Origin: Tubulanus polymorphus
Taxonomy: Eukaryota > Animalia > Nemertea
NCBI RefSeq assembly: GCF_964204645.1
Contig: NW_027437452.1
Location: 1-64,000 of the forward strand
DNA length: 64,000 bases
Reading direction: 5' to 3'
The first letter of the stretch is position 1; each line of letters begins with the position of its first letter. This document shows positions 1-13,500 of this stretch, piece after piece. The position numbers were made by a program, and so were the translations under genes. The notes below the pieces were generated by a model. It made no database searches. It was not told the DNA's origin and saw only the letters and a program-made list of their open reading frames with translations.

Positions 1-1404
1 CATTTTCATTTATTTTTTCGATACGGGGAGAACTTGATGAGAAAACGTCTTCTCTAGGGCTGAACGACGTTTCCGGGTCGAAATGTATCGAAATGTGCTT
101 TTCCCAACGATTTGAGCGCTTTTGCGTATCGACATTTTCATTTTTTCGATACCGGGAAAACTTGATGAGAAAACGTCTTTTCTCGCGCTGAACGACGTTT
201 TCGGGTCGAAATGTGTCGAAAGGTGCTTTTCCCGTCGATTTGAGCGCTTTTGCGTATCGGCATTTTCATTTTTTCGATACGGGGAAAACTTGATGAGAAA
301 ATGTCTTTTCTCGCGCTGAACGACGTTTTCGGGTCGAAATGTATCGAAATGTGCTTTTCCGTTCGATTTGAGCGCTTTTGCGTATCGACATTTTCATTTT
401 TTCGATACGGGGAAAACTTGATGAGAAAACGTCTTTTCTCGCGCTGAACGACGTTTTCGGTTCGAAATGTGCTTTTCCCGTCGATTTGAGCGCTTTTGCG
501 TATCGACATTTTCATTTTTTCGATACTGGGAAAACTTGATGAGAAAACGTCTTTTCTCGCGCTGAACGACGTTTTTGGGTCGAAATGTGCTTTTCCCGTC
601 GATGTGAGCGCTTTTGCGCATCGACATTTTCATTTTTTCGATACGTGGAAAACTCGATGACAAAACGTCTTTTCTAGCGCTGAACGGCGTTTACGGGTCG
701 AAATGTGATTTTCCCGTCGATGTGAGCACTTTTGCGCATTGACATTTTCATTTTTTCTATACTGGGAAAACTTGATGAGAAAACGTCTTTTCTCGCGCTG
801 AACGACGTTTTTGGGTCGAAATGTGCTTTTCCCGTCGATGTGAGCGCTTTTGCGCATCGACATTTTCATTTTTTCGATACGTGGAAAACTCGATGACAAA
901 ACGTCTTTTCTCGCGCTGAACGACGTTTTTGGGTCGAAATGTGTCGAAATGTGGTTTTCCCATCGATTTGAGCGCTTTTGCGCATCGACAATTTCATTTT
1001 TTCGATACGGGGAAAACTTGATAAGAAAACGTCTTTTCTAGCGCTGAACGACGTTTTCGGGTCGAAATGTATCGAAATGTGCCTTTCCAGTCGATTTGAG
1101 CGCTTTTGCGTATCGACATTTTCATTTTTTCGATACTGGGAAAACTTGATGAGAAAACGTCTTTCTCGCGCTGAACGACGTTTTTGGTCGAAATGTATCG
1201 AAATATGCTTCTCCCCTCGATTTGAGCGCTTTTGCGCATCGACATTTTCATTTTTTCGATACGGTGAAAACTCGATGAGAAAACGTCTTTTCTCGCGCTG
1301 AACGACGTTTTCGGGTCGAAATGTATCGAAATGTGCTTTTCCAGTCGATTTGAGCGCTTTTGCGTATCGACATTTTCATTTTTTCGATACGGGGAAAACT
1401 TGAT
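1..1404. repeat. Satellite DNA subfamily A (118/128-bp monomers), first segment; continues left of the window
   Basis: Head-to-tail copies of consensus GAAAACTTGATGAGAAAACGTCTTTTCTCGCGCTGAACGACGTTTTCGGGTCGAAATGTGCTTTTCCCGTCGATTTGAGCGCTTTTGCGTATCGACATTTTCATTTTTTCGATACGGG (118 bp); many copies carry an extra 10-bp TCGAAATGT(A/G) unit (128 bp). Confidence 0.98.
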
Positions 1405-1598
1405 TGAATTTATTTGCAAAATAAATTGTTACAAAAAATATCGACACAATATACATTATATTCAGAGTAACAATATATAGTGCGAGGAGTAAGGAGAAGT
1501 CAAAATTTGACTTATACGAGTCCTTACCCCTCGGTCAACAATCACACTCACATGCACTCATCACTTACACATACACGCACATTCGTTACAAGTTACAA
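1405..1598 (-). mobile_element. Short insertion, probably the 3' end of a 5'-truncated non-LTR retrotransposon (CR1/L2-group-like) or a SINE tail
   Basis: 194 bp of non-satellite sequence splits a monomer, with GAT duplicated at 1402-1404 and 1599-1601. The minus strand ends ...AATAAATTCA and carries a two-part stem-loop at 1483-1533 whose single outer-stem mismatch is a G-U wobble only on the minus strand. The clade assignment is inference. Confidence 0.6.
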
Positions 1599-4500
1599 GA
1601 TGAGAAAACGTCTTTTCTCGCGCTGAACGACGTTTTCGGGTCGAAATGTATCGAAATGTGCTTTTCCCGTCGATTTGAGCGCTTTTGCGTATCGGCATTT
1701 TCATTTTTTCGATACGGGGAAAACTCGATGAGTAAACGTCTTTTCTTGCGCTGAACGACGTTTTCGGTTCGAAATGTGCTTTTCCCGTCGATTTGAGCGC
1801 TTTTGCGTATCGACATTTTCATTTTTCGATACGGGGAAAACTTCATGAGAAAACGTCTTTTCTCGCGCTGAACGACGTTTTCGGGTCGAAATGTATCGAA
1901 ATGTGCTTTTCCCGTCGATTTGAGCGCTTTTGCGTATCGACATTTTCATTTTTTCGATACTGGGAAAACGTGATGAGAAAACGTCTTTTCTCGCGCTGAA
2001 CGACGTTTTTGGGTCGAAATGTGCTTTTCCCGTCGATGTGAGCGCTTTTGCGCATCGACATTTTCATTTTTTCGATACGGGGAAAACTTGATAAGAAAAC
2101 GTCTTTTCTAGCGCTGAACGACGTTTTCGGGTCGAAATGTATCGAAATGTGCTTTTGCCGTCGATTTGAGTGCTTTTGCGTATCGACATTTTCATTTTTT
2201 CGATACTGGGAAAACTTGATGAGAAAACGTCTTTTCTCGCGCTGAACGACGTTTTCGGGTCGAAATGTATCGAAATGTGCTTTTCCCGTCGATTTTAGCG
2301 CTTTTGCGTATCGGCATTTTCATTTTTTTCGATACGGGGAAAACTTGATGAGAAAACGTCTTTTCTCGCGCTGAACGACGTTTTTGGGTCGAAATGTGTC
2401 GAAATGTGCTTTTTCCGTCGATTTGAGCGCTTTTGCGCATCGACAATTTCATTTTTTCGATACGGAGAAGATCTGATGAGAAAACGTCTTTTCTCGCGCT
2501 GAACGACGTTTTCGGGTCGAAATGTGCTTTTCCCGTCGATTTGAGCGCTTTTGCGTATCGGCATTTTCATTTTTTTCGATACGGGGAAAACTTGATGAGA
2601 AAACGTCTTTTCTCGCGCTGAACGACGTTTTTGGGTCGAAATGTGTCGAAATGTGCTTTTTCCGTCGATTTGAGCGCTTTTGCGCATCGACAATTTCATC
2701 TTTTCGATACGGAGAAGATCTGATGAGAAAACGTCTTTTCTCGCGCTGAACGACGTTTTCGGGTCGAAATGTGCTTTTCCCGTCGATTGGAGCGCTTTTG
2801 CGTGTCGACATTTTCATTTTTTCGATACGGGGAAAACTTGATGAGAAAACGTCTTTTCTTGCGCTGAACGGCGTTTACGGGTCGAAATGTGATTTTCCCG
2901 TCAGTTGGAGCGCTTTTGCGTGTCGACATTTTCATTTTTTCGATACGGAGAAGATCTGATGAGAAAACGTCTTTTCTCGCGCTTTACGACGTTTTCGGGT
3001 CGAAATGTGCTTTTCCCGTCGATTTGAGCATTTTTGCGCATCGACATTTTCATTTCTTCGATACGGGGAAAACTTGATGAGAAAACGTCTTTTTTTGCGC
3101 TGAAAGATGTTTTCTGGTCGAAATGTACTTTTCCCGTCAATTTGTGCGCTTTTGCGCATCGACATTTTCATTTATTTTTTCGATACGGGGAGAACTTGAT
3201 GAGAAAACGTCTTCTCTAGGGCTGAACGACGTTTCCGGGTCGAAATGTATCGAAATGTGCTTTTCCCGACGATTTGAGCGCTTTTGCGTATCGACATTTT
3301 CATTTTTTCGATACCGGGAAAACTTGATGAGAAAACGTCTTTTCTCGCGCTGAACGACGTTTTCGGGTCGAAATGTGTCGAAAGGTGCTTTTCCCGTCGA
3401 TTTGAGCGCTTTTGCGTATCGGCATTTTCATTTTTTCGATACGGGGAAAACTTGATGAGAAAACGTCTTTTCTCGCGCTGAACGACGTTTTCGGGTCGAA
3501 ATGTATCGAAATGTGCTTTTCCGTTCGATTTGAGCGCTTTTGCGTATCGACATTTTCATTTTTTCGATACGGGGAAAACTAGATGAGAAAACGTCTTTTC
3601 TCGCGCTGAACGACGTTTTCGGTTCGAAATGTGCTTTTCCCGTCGATTTGAGCGCTTTTGCGTATCGACATTTTCATTTTTTCGATACTGGGAAAACTTG
3701 ATGAGAAAACGTCTTTCTCGCGCATAATGACGTTTCTGGGTCGAAATGTGCTTTTCTCGTCGATATAAGCGCTTTTGCGTATCGACATTTTCATTTTTTC
3801 GATACTGGGAAAACTTGATGAGAAAACGTCTTTTCTCGCGCTGAACGACGTTTTTGGGTCAAAATGTGCTTTTCCCGTCGATGTGAGCGCTTTTGCGCAT
3901 CGACATTTTCATTTTTTCGATACGTGGAAAACTCGATGACAAAACGTCTTTTCTCGCGCTGAACGACGTTTTTGGGTCGAAATGTGCTTTTCCCATCGAT
4001 TTGAGCGCTTTTGCGCATCGACAATTTCATTTTTTCGATACGGGGAAAACTTGATAAGAAAACGTCTTTTCTAGCGCTGAACGACGTTTTCGGGTCGAAA
4101 TGTATCGAAATGTGCCTTTCCAGTCGATTTGAGCGCTTTTGCGTATCGACATTTTCATTTTTTCGATACTGGGAAAACTTGATGAGAAAACGTCTTTCAC
4201 GCGCTGAACGACGTTTTTGGGTCGAAATGTATCGAAATGTGCTTTTCCCGTCGATTTGAGCGCTTTTGCGTATCGACATTTTCATTTTTTCGATACTGGG
4301 AAAACGTGATGAGAAAACGTCTTTTCTCGCGCTGAACGACGTTTTTGGGTCGAAATGTGCTTTTCCCGTCGATGTGAGCGCTTTTGCGCATCGACATTTT
4401 CATTTTTTCGATACGGGGAAAACTTGATAAGAAAACGTCTTTTCTAGCGCTGAACGACGTTTTCGGGTCGAAATGTATCGAAATGTGCTTTTGCCGTCGA

Positions 4501-7500
4501 TTTGAGTGCTTTTGCGTATCGACATTTTCATTTTTTCGATACTGGGAAAACTTGATGAGAAAACGTCTTTTCTCGCGCTGAACGACGTTTTCGGGTCGAA
4601 ATGTATCGAAATGTGCTTTTCCCGTCGATTTTAGCGCTTGTGCGTATCGGCATTTTCATTTTTTTCGATACGGGGAAAACTTGATGAGAAAACGTCTTTT
4701 CTCGCGCTGAACGACGTTTTTGGGTCGAAATGTGTCGAAATGTGCTTTTTCCGTCGATTTGAGCGCTTTTGCGCATCGACAATTTCATTTTTTCGATACG
4801 AAGAAGATCTGATGAGAAAACGTCTTTTCTCGCGCTGAACGACGTTTTCGGGTCGAAATGTGCTTTTCCCGTCGATTGGAGCGCTTTTGCGTGTCGACAT
4901 TTTCATTTTTTCGATACGGGGAAAACTTGATGAGAAAACGTCTTTTCTCGCGCTGAACGACGTTTCTGGGTCGAAATGTGCTTTTCCCGTCGATTTGAGC
5001 GCTTTTGCGCATCGACAATTTCATTTTTACGATACGGAGAAAACTTGATGAGAAAACGTCTTTTCTTGCGCTGAACGGCGTTTACGGGTCGAAATGTGAT
5101 TTTCCCGTCAGTTGGAGCGCTTTTGCGTGTCGACATTTTCATTTTTTCGATACGGAGAAGATCTGATGAGAAAACGTCTTTTCTCGCGCTTTACGACGTT
5201 TTCGGGTCGAAATGTGCTTTTCCCGTCGATTTGAGCATTTTTGCGCATCGACATTTTCATTTCTTCGATACGGGGAAAACTTGATGAGAAAACGTCTTTT
5301 TTTGCGCTGAAACATGTTTTCTGGTCGAAATGTACTTTTCCCGTCAATTTGTGCGCTTTTGCGCATCGACATTTTCATTTATTTTTTCGATACGGGGAGA
5401 ACTTGATGAGAAAACGTCTTCTCTAGGGCTGAACGACGTTTCCGGGTCGAAATGTATCGAAATGTGCTTTTCCCGACGATTTGACCGCTTTTGCGTATCG
5501 ACATTTTCATTTTTTCGATACCGGGAAAACTTGATGAGAAAACGTCTTTTCTCGCGCTGAACGACGTTTTCGGGTCGAAATGTGTCGAAAGGTGCTTTTC
5601 CCGTCGATTTGAGCGCTTTTGCGTATCGGCATTTTCATTTTTTCGATACGGGGAAAACTTGATGAGAAAACGTCTTTTCTCGCGCTGAACGACGTTTTCG
5701 GGTCGAAATGTATCGAAATGTGCTTTTCCGTTCGATTTGAGCGCTTTTGCGTATCGACATTTTCATTTTTTCGATACGGGGAAAACTTGATGAGAAAACG
5801 TCTTTTCTCGCGCTGAACGACGTTTTCGGTTCGAAATGTGCTTTTCCCGTCGATTTGAGCGCTTTTGCGTATCGAAATTTTCATTTTTTCGATACTGGGA
5901 AAACTTGATGAGAAAACGTCTTTTCTCGCGCATAATGACGTTTCTGGGTCGAAATGTGCTTTTCTCGTCGATTTGAGCGCTTTTGCGTATCGACATTTTC
6001 ATTTTTTCGATACTGGGAAAACTTGATGAGAAAACGTCTTTTCTCGCGCTGAACGACGTTTTTGGGTCGAAATGTGCTTTTCCCGTCGATGTGAGCGCTT
6101 TTGCGCATCGACATTTTCTTTTTTTCGATACGTGGAAAACTCGATGACAAAACGTCTTTTCTCGCGCTGAACGACGTTTTTGGGTCGAAATGTGTCGAAA
6201 TGTGCTTTTCCCGTCGATTTGAGCGCTTTTGCGCATCGACAATTTCATTTTTTCGATACGGGGAAAACTTGATAAGAAAACGTCTTTTCTAGCGCTGAAC
6301 GACGTTTTCGGGTCGAAATGTATCGAAATGTGCCTTTCCAGTCGATTTGAGCGCTTTTGCGTATCGACATTTTCATTTTTTCGATACGGGGAAAACTTGA
6401 TGAGAAAACGTCTTTTCTCGCGCTGAACGACGTTTTTGGGTCGAAATGTGTCGAAATGTGCTTTTCCCGTCGATTTGAGCGCTTTTGCGCATCGACAATT
6501 TCATTTTTTCGATACGGAGAAAACTTGATGAGAAAACGTCTTTTCTCGCGCTAAACGACGTTTTCGGGTCGAAATGTGCTTTTGCCGTCGATTTTAGCGC
6601 TTTTGCGTATCGATGTTTTCATTTTTTCGATATGGGGAAGATCTGATGAAAAAACGTCTTTTCTCGCGCTTTACGACGTTTTCGGGTCAAAATGTGCTTT
6701 TCCCGTCGATTTGAGCATTTTTGCGCATCGACATTTTCATTTCTTCGATACGGGGAGAACTTGATGAGAAAACGTCTTTTCTCGCGCTGAGCGACGTTTA
6801 CGGGTCGAAATGTATCGAAATGTGCTTTTCCCGACGATTTGAGCGCTTTTGCGTATCGACATTTTCATTTTTTCGATACGGGGAAAACTTGATGAGAAAA
6901 CGTCTTTTCTCGCGCTGAACGACGTTTTCGGGTCGAAATGTGTCGAAAGGTGCTTTTCCCGTCGATTTGAGCGCTTTTGCGTATCGGCATTTTCATTTTT
7001 TCGATACGGGGAAAACTTGATGAGAAAACGTCTTTTCTAGCGCTGAACGACGTTTACGGGTCGAAATGTGCTTTTTTTCGTCGATTTGAGCGCTTTTGCG
7101 TATCGACATTTTCATTTTTTCGATACGTGGAAAACTCGATGAGAAAACGTCTTTTCTCGCGCTGAACGACGTTTTTGGGTCGAAATGTGTCGAAATGTGC
7201 TTTTCCCGTCGATTTGAGCGCTTTTGCGCATCGACAATTTCATTTTTTCGATACGGGGAAAAATTGATGAGAAAACGTCTTTTCTCGCGCTGAACGACGT
7301 TTCTGGGTCGAAATGTGCTTTTCCCGTCGATTTGAGCGCTTTTGCGCATCGATATTTTCATTTTTTCGATATGGGGAAGATCTGATGAGAAAACGTCTTT
7401 TCTCGCGCTTAACGACGTTTTCGGGTCGAAATGTGCTTTTCCCGTCGATTTGAGCGCTTTTGCGTATCGGCATTTTCATTTTTTCGATACGGAGAAAACT

Positions 7501-10500
7501 TGATGAGAAAACGTCTTTTCTCGCGCTGAACGACGTTTTTGGGTCGAAATGTGTCGAAATGTGCTTTTTCCGTCGATTTGACCGCTTTTGCGCATCGACA
7601 ATTTCATTTTTTCGATACGGAGAAAACTTGATGAGAAAACGTCTTTTCTCGCGCTGAACGACGTTTTCGGGTCGAAATGTATCGAAATGTGCTTTTCCGT
7701 TCGATTTGAGCGCTTTTGCGTATCGGCATTTTCATTTTTTCGATACGGAGAAAACTTGATGAGAAAACGTCTTTTCTCGCGCTTAACGACGTTTTCGGGT
7801 CGAAATGTGCTTTTCCCGTCGATTTGAGCATTTTTGCGCATCGACATTTTCATTTCTTCGATACGGGGAAAACTTGATGAGAAAACGTCTTTTTTGCGCT
7901 GAAAGATGTTTTCTGGTCAAAATGTACTTTTCCCGTCAATTTGTGCGCTTTTGCGTATCGGCGTTTTCATTTTTTCGATACGGAGAAAACTTGATGAGAA
8001 AACGTCTTTTCTCGCGCTTAACGACGTTTTCGGGTCGAAATGTGCTTTTCCCGTCGATTTGAGCGCTTTTGCGTATCGACATTTTCATTTTTTCGATACG
8101 GGGAAAACTTGTTGAGAAAACGTCTTTTCTAGCGCTGAACGACGTTTTCGGGTCGAAATGTGCTTTTCCCGTCGATTTTAGCGCTTTTGCGTATCGATGT
8201 TTTCATTTTTTCGATATGGGAAAGATCTGATGAAAAAACGTCTTTTCTCGCGCTTTACGACGTTTTCGGGTCAAAATGTGCTTTTCCCGTCGATTTGAGC
8301 ATTTTTGCGCATCGACATTTTCTTTTCTTCGATACGGGGAGAACTTGATGAGAAAACGTCTTTTCTCGCGCTGAACGACGTTTACGGGTCGAAATGTATC
8401 GAAATGTGCTTTTCCCGACGATTTGAGCGCTTTTGCGTATCGACATTTTCATTTTTTCGATACGGGGAAAACTTGATGAGAAAACGTCTTTTCTAGCGCT
8501 GAACGACGTTTACGGGTCGAAATGTGCTTTTTTTCGTCGATTTGAGCGCTTTTGCGTATCGACATTTTCATTTTTTCGATACGTGGAAAACTCGATGAGA
8601 AAACGTCTTTTCTCGCGCTGAACGACGATTTTGGGTCGAAATGTGTCGAAATGTGCTTTTCCCGTCGATTTGAGCGCTTTTTGCGTATCGGCATTTTCAT
8701 TTTTTCGATACGGAGAAAACTTGATGAGAAAACGTCATTTCTCGCGCTGAACGACGTTTTTGGGTCGAAATGTGTCGAAATGTGCTTTTTCCGTCGATTT
8801 GACCGCTTTTGCGCATCGACAATTTCATTTTTTCGATACGGGGAAAACTTGATGAGAAAACGTCTTTTCTCGCGCTGAACGACGTTTTCGGGTCGAAATG
8901 TATCGAAATGTGCTTTTCCGTTCGAATTGAGCGCTTTTGCGTATCGACATTTTCATTTCATCGATACGGGGAAAACTTGATGAGAAAACGTCTTTTTTTG
9001 CGCAGAAAGATGTTTTCTGGTCGAAATGTACTTTTCCCGTCAATTTGTGCGCTTTTGCGCATCGACATTTTCATTTTTTCGATACGGGGAGAACTTGATA
9101 AGAAAACGTCTTCTCTAGGGCTGAACGACGTTTCCGGGTCGAAATGTATCGAAATGTGCTTTTCCCGACGATTTGAGCGCTTTTGCGTATCGACATTTTC
9201 ATTTTTTCGATACCGGGAAAACTTGATGAGAAAACGTCTTTTCTCGCGCTGAACGACGTTTTCGGGTCGAAATGTGTCGAAAGGTGCTTTTCCCGTCGAT
9301 TTGAGCGCTTTTGCGTATCGGCATTTTCATTTTTTCGATACGGGGAAAACTTGATGAGAAAACGTCTTTTCTCGCGCTGAACGACGTTTTCGGGTCGAAA
9401 TGTATCGAAATGTGCTTTTCCGTTCGATTTGAGCGCTTTTGCGTATCGACATTTTCATTTTTTCGATACGGGGAAAACTTGATGAGAAAACGTCTTTTCT
9501 CGCGCTGAACGACGTTTTCGGGTCGAAATGTGCTTTTCCCGTCGATTTGAGCGCTTTTGCGTATCGGCATTTTCATTTTTTCGATACGGGGAAAACTTGA
9601 TGAGAAAACGTCTTTTCTCGCGCTGAACGACGTTTTCGGGTCGAAATATGCTTTTCCCGTCGATTTGAGCGCTTTTGCGTATCGACATTTTCATTTTTTC
9701 GATACTGGGAAAACTTGATGAGAAAACGTCTTTTCTCGCGCATAATGACGTTTCTGGGTCGAAATGTGCTTTTCTCGTCGATTTGAGCGCTTTTGCGTAT
9801 CGACATTTTCATTTTTTCGATACTGGGAAAACTTGATGAGAAAACGTCTTTTGTCGCGCTGAACGACGTTTTTGGGTCGAAATGTGCTTTTCCCGTCGAT
9901 GTGAGCGCTTTTGCGCATCGACATTTTCATTTTTTCGACACGTGGAAAACTCGATGAGAAAACGTCTTTTCTCGCGCTGAACGACGTTTTTGGGTCGAAA
10001 TGTGTCGAAATGTGCTTTTCCCGTCGATTTGAGCGCTTTTGCGCATCGACAATTTCATTTTTTCGATACGGGGAAAACTTGATAAGAAAACGTCTTTTCT
10101 AGCGCTGAACGACGTTTTCGGGTCGAAATGTATCGAAATGTGCTTTTCCCGTCGATTTGAGCGCTTTTGCGCATCGACAATTTCATTTTTACGATACGGA
10201 GAAAACTTGATGAGAAAACGTCTTTTCTTGCGCTGAACGACGTTTTTGGGTCGAAATGTGCTTCTCCCGTCGATTTGAGCGCTTTTGCTTATCGATATTT
10301 TCATTTTTTCGATATGGGGAAGATCTGATGAAAAAACGTCTTTTCTCGCGCTTTACGACGTTTTCGGGTCGAAATGTGCTTTTCCCGTCGATTTGAGCAT
10401 TTTTGGGCATCGACATTTTCATTTCTTCGATACGGGGAAAACTTGATGAGAAAACGTCTTTTTTTTGCGCTGAAAGATGTTTTCTGGTCGAAATGTACTT

Positions 10501-13500
10501 TTCCCGTCAATTTGTGCGCTTTTGCGCATCGACATTTTCATTTTTTCGATACGGGGAGAACTTGATGAGAAAACGTCTTCTCTAGGGCTGAACGACGTTT
10601 CCGGGTCGAAATGTATCGAAATGTGCTTTTCCCGACGATTTGAGCGCTTTTGCGTATCGACATTTTCATTTTTTCGATACCGGGAAAACAAACTTGATGA
10701 GAAAACGTCTTTTCTCGCGCTGAACGACGTTTTCGGGTCGAAATGTGTCGAAAGGTGCTTTTCCCGTCGATTTGAGCGCTTTTGCGTATCGGCATTTTCA
10801 TTTTTTCGATACGGGAAAACTTGATGAGAAACGTCTTTTCTCGCGCTGAACGACGTTTTCGGGTCGAAATGTATCGAAATGTGCTTTTCCGTTCGATTTG
10901 AGCGCTTTTGCGTATCGACATTTTCATTTTTTCGATACGGGGAAAACTTGATGAGAAAACGTCTTTTCTCGCGCTGAACGACGTTTTTGGGTCGAAATGT
11001 GCTTTTCCGTCGATTTGAGCGCTTTTGCGTATCGACATTTTCCTTTTTTTCGATACTGGGAAAACTTGATGAGAAAACGTCTTTTCTCGCGCATAATGAC
11101 GTTTCTGGGTCGAAATGTGCTTTTCTCGTCGATTTGAGCGCTTTTGCGTATCGACATTTTCATTTTTTCGATACTGGGAAAACTTGATGAGAAACGTCTT
11201 TTCTCGCGCTGAACGACGTTTTTGGGTCGAAATGTGCTTTTCCCGTCGATGTGAGCGCTTTTGTGCATCGATATTTTCATTTTTTCGACACGTGGAAAAC
11301 TCGATGAGAAAACGTCTTTTCTCGCGCTGAACGACGTTTTTGGGTCGAAATGTGTCGAAATGTGCTTTTCCCGTCGATTTGAGCGCTTTTGCGCATCGAC
11401 AATTTCATTTTTTCGATACGGGGAAAACTTGATAAGAAAACGTCTTTTCTAGCGCTGAACGACGTTTTCGGGTCGAAATGTATCGAAATGTGCTTTTCCC
11501 GTCGATTTGAGTGCTTTTGCGCATCGACAATTTCATTTTTTCGATACGGGGAAAACTTGATGAGAAAACGTCTTTTCTCGCGCTGAACGACGTTTCTCGG
11601 TCGAAATGTGCTTTTCCCGTCGATTTGAGCGCTTTTGCGCATCGATATTTTCATTTTTTCGATATGGGGAAGATCTGATGAGAAAACGTCTTTTCTCGCG
11701 CTTAACGACGTTTTCGGGTAGAAATGTGCTTTACCCGTCGATTTGAGCGCTTTTGCGTATCGGCATTTTCATTTTTTCGATACGGAGAAAACTTGATGAA
11801 AAAACGTCTTTTCTCGCGCTGAACGACGTTTTTGGGTCGAAATGTGTCGAAATGTGCTTTTTCCGTCGATTTGACCGCTTGGTGAAAACTTGATAAGAAA
11901 ACGTCTTTTCTAGCGCTGAACGACGTTTTCGGGTCGAAATGTATCGAAATGTGCTTTTCCCGTCGATTTGAGCGCTTTTGCCTATCGACATTTTCATTTT
12001 TTCGATACTGGGAAAACTTGATGTGAAAACGTCTTTTCTCGCGCTGAACGACGTTTTTGGGTCGAAATGTGCTTTTCCCGTCGATGTGAGCGCTTTTGCG
12101 CATCGACAATTTCATTTTTTCGACACGTGGAAAACTCGATGAGAAAACGTCTTTTCTCGCGCTGAACGACGTTTTTGGGTCGAAATGTGTCGAAATGTGC
12201 TTTTCCCGTCGATTTGAGCGCTTTTGCGCATCGACAATTTCTTTTTTTCGATACGGGGAAAACTTGATAAGAAAACGTCTTTCCTCGCGCTGAACGACGT
12301 TTTCGGGTCGAAATGTATCGAAATGTGCTTTTCCCGTCGATTTGAGCGCTTTTGCGTATCGACCTTTTCATTTTTTTGATACTGGGAAAACTTGATAAGA
12401 AAACGTCTTTTCTTGCGCTGAACGACGTTTTCGGGTCGAAATGTATCGAAATGTGCTTTTCCCGTCGATTTGAGCGCTTTTGCGCATCGACAATTTCATT
12501 TTTTCGATACGGGGAAAACTTGATGAGAAAACGTCTTTTCTCGCGCTGAACGACGTTTCTGGGTCGAAATGTGCTTTTCCCGTCGATTTGAGCGCTTTTG
12601 CGCATCGATATTTTCATTTTTTCGATATGGGGAAGATCTGATGAGAAACGTCTTTTCTCGCGCTTAACGACGTTTTCGGGTCGAAATGTGCTTTTCCCGT
12701 CGATTTGAGCGCTTTTGCGTATCGGCATTTTCATTTTTTCGATACGGGGAAAACTTGATGAGAAAACGTCTTTTCTCGCGCTGAACGACGTTTTTGGGTC
12801 GAAATGTGCCGAAATGTGCTTTTTCCGTCGATTTGAGCGCTTTTGCGCATCGACAATTTCATTTTTTCGATACGGAGAAAACTTGATGAGAAAACGTCTT
12901 TTCTCGCGCTGAACGACGTTTTCGGTTCGAAATGTGCTTTTCCCGTCGATTTGAGCGCTTTTGCGTATCGACATTTTCATTTTTTCGATACTGGGAAAAC
13001 TTGATGAGAAAACGTCTTTTCTCGCGCTGAACGACGTTTTTGGGTCGAAATGTATCGAAATGTGCTTTTCCCGTCGATTTGAGCGCTTTTGCGCATCGAC
13101 AATTTCATTTTTTCGATACGGGGAAAACTTGATGAGAAAACGTCTTTTCTCGCGCTGAACGACGTTTCTGGGTCGAAATGTGCTTTTCCCGTCGATTTGA
13201 GCGCTTTTGCGCATCGATATTTTCATTTTTTCGATATGGGGAAGATCTGATGAGAAAACGTCTTTCTCGCGCTTAACGACGTTTTCGGGTCGAAATGTGC
13301 TTTTCCCGTCGATTTGAGCGCTTTTGCGTATCGGCATTTTCATTTTTTCGATACGGAGAAAACTTGATGAGAAAACGTCTTTTCTCGCGCTGAACGACGT
13401 TTTTGGGTCGAAATGTGTCGAAATGTGCTTTTTCCGTCGATTTGACCGCTTTGGGAAAACTTGATAAGAAAACGTCTTTTCTAGCGCTGAACGACGTTTT

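Noticed and set aside
10440-11200. Cluster of small homopolymer indels relative to the twin block at ~20.5-21.2 kb
   Set aside because: The pattern is typical of long-read consensus error and cannot be called biological without reads.
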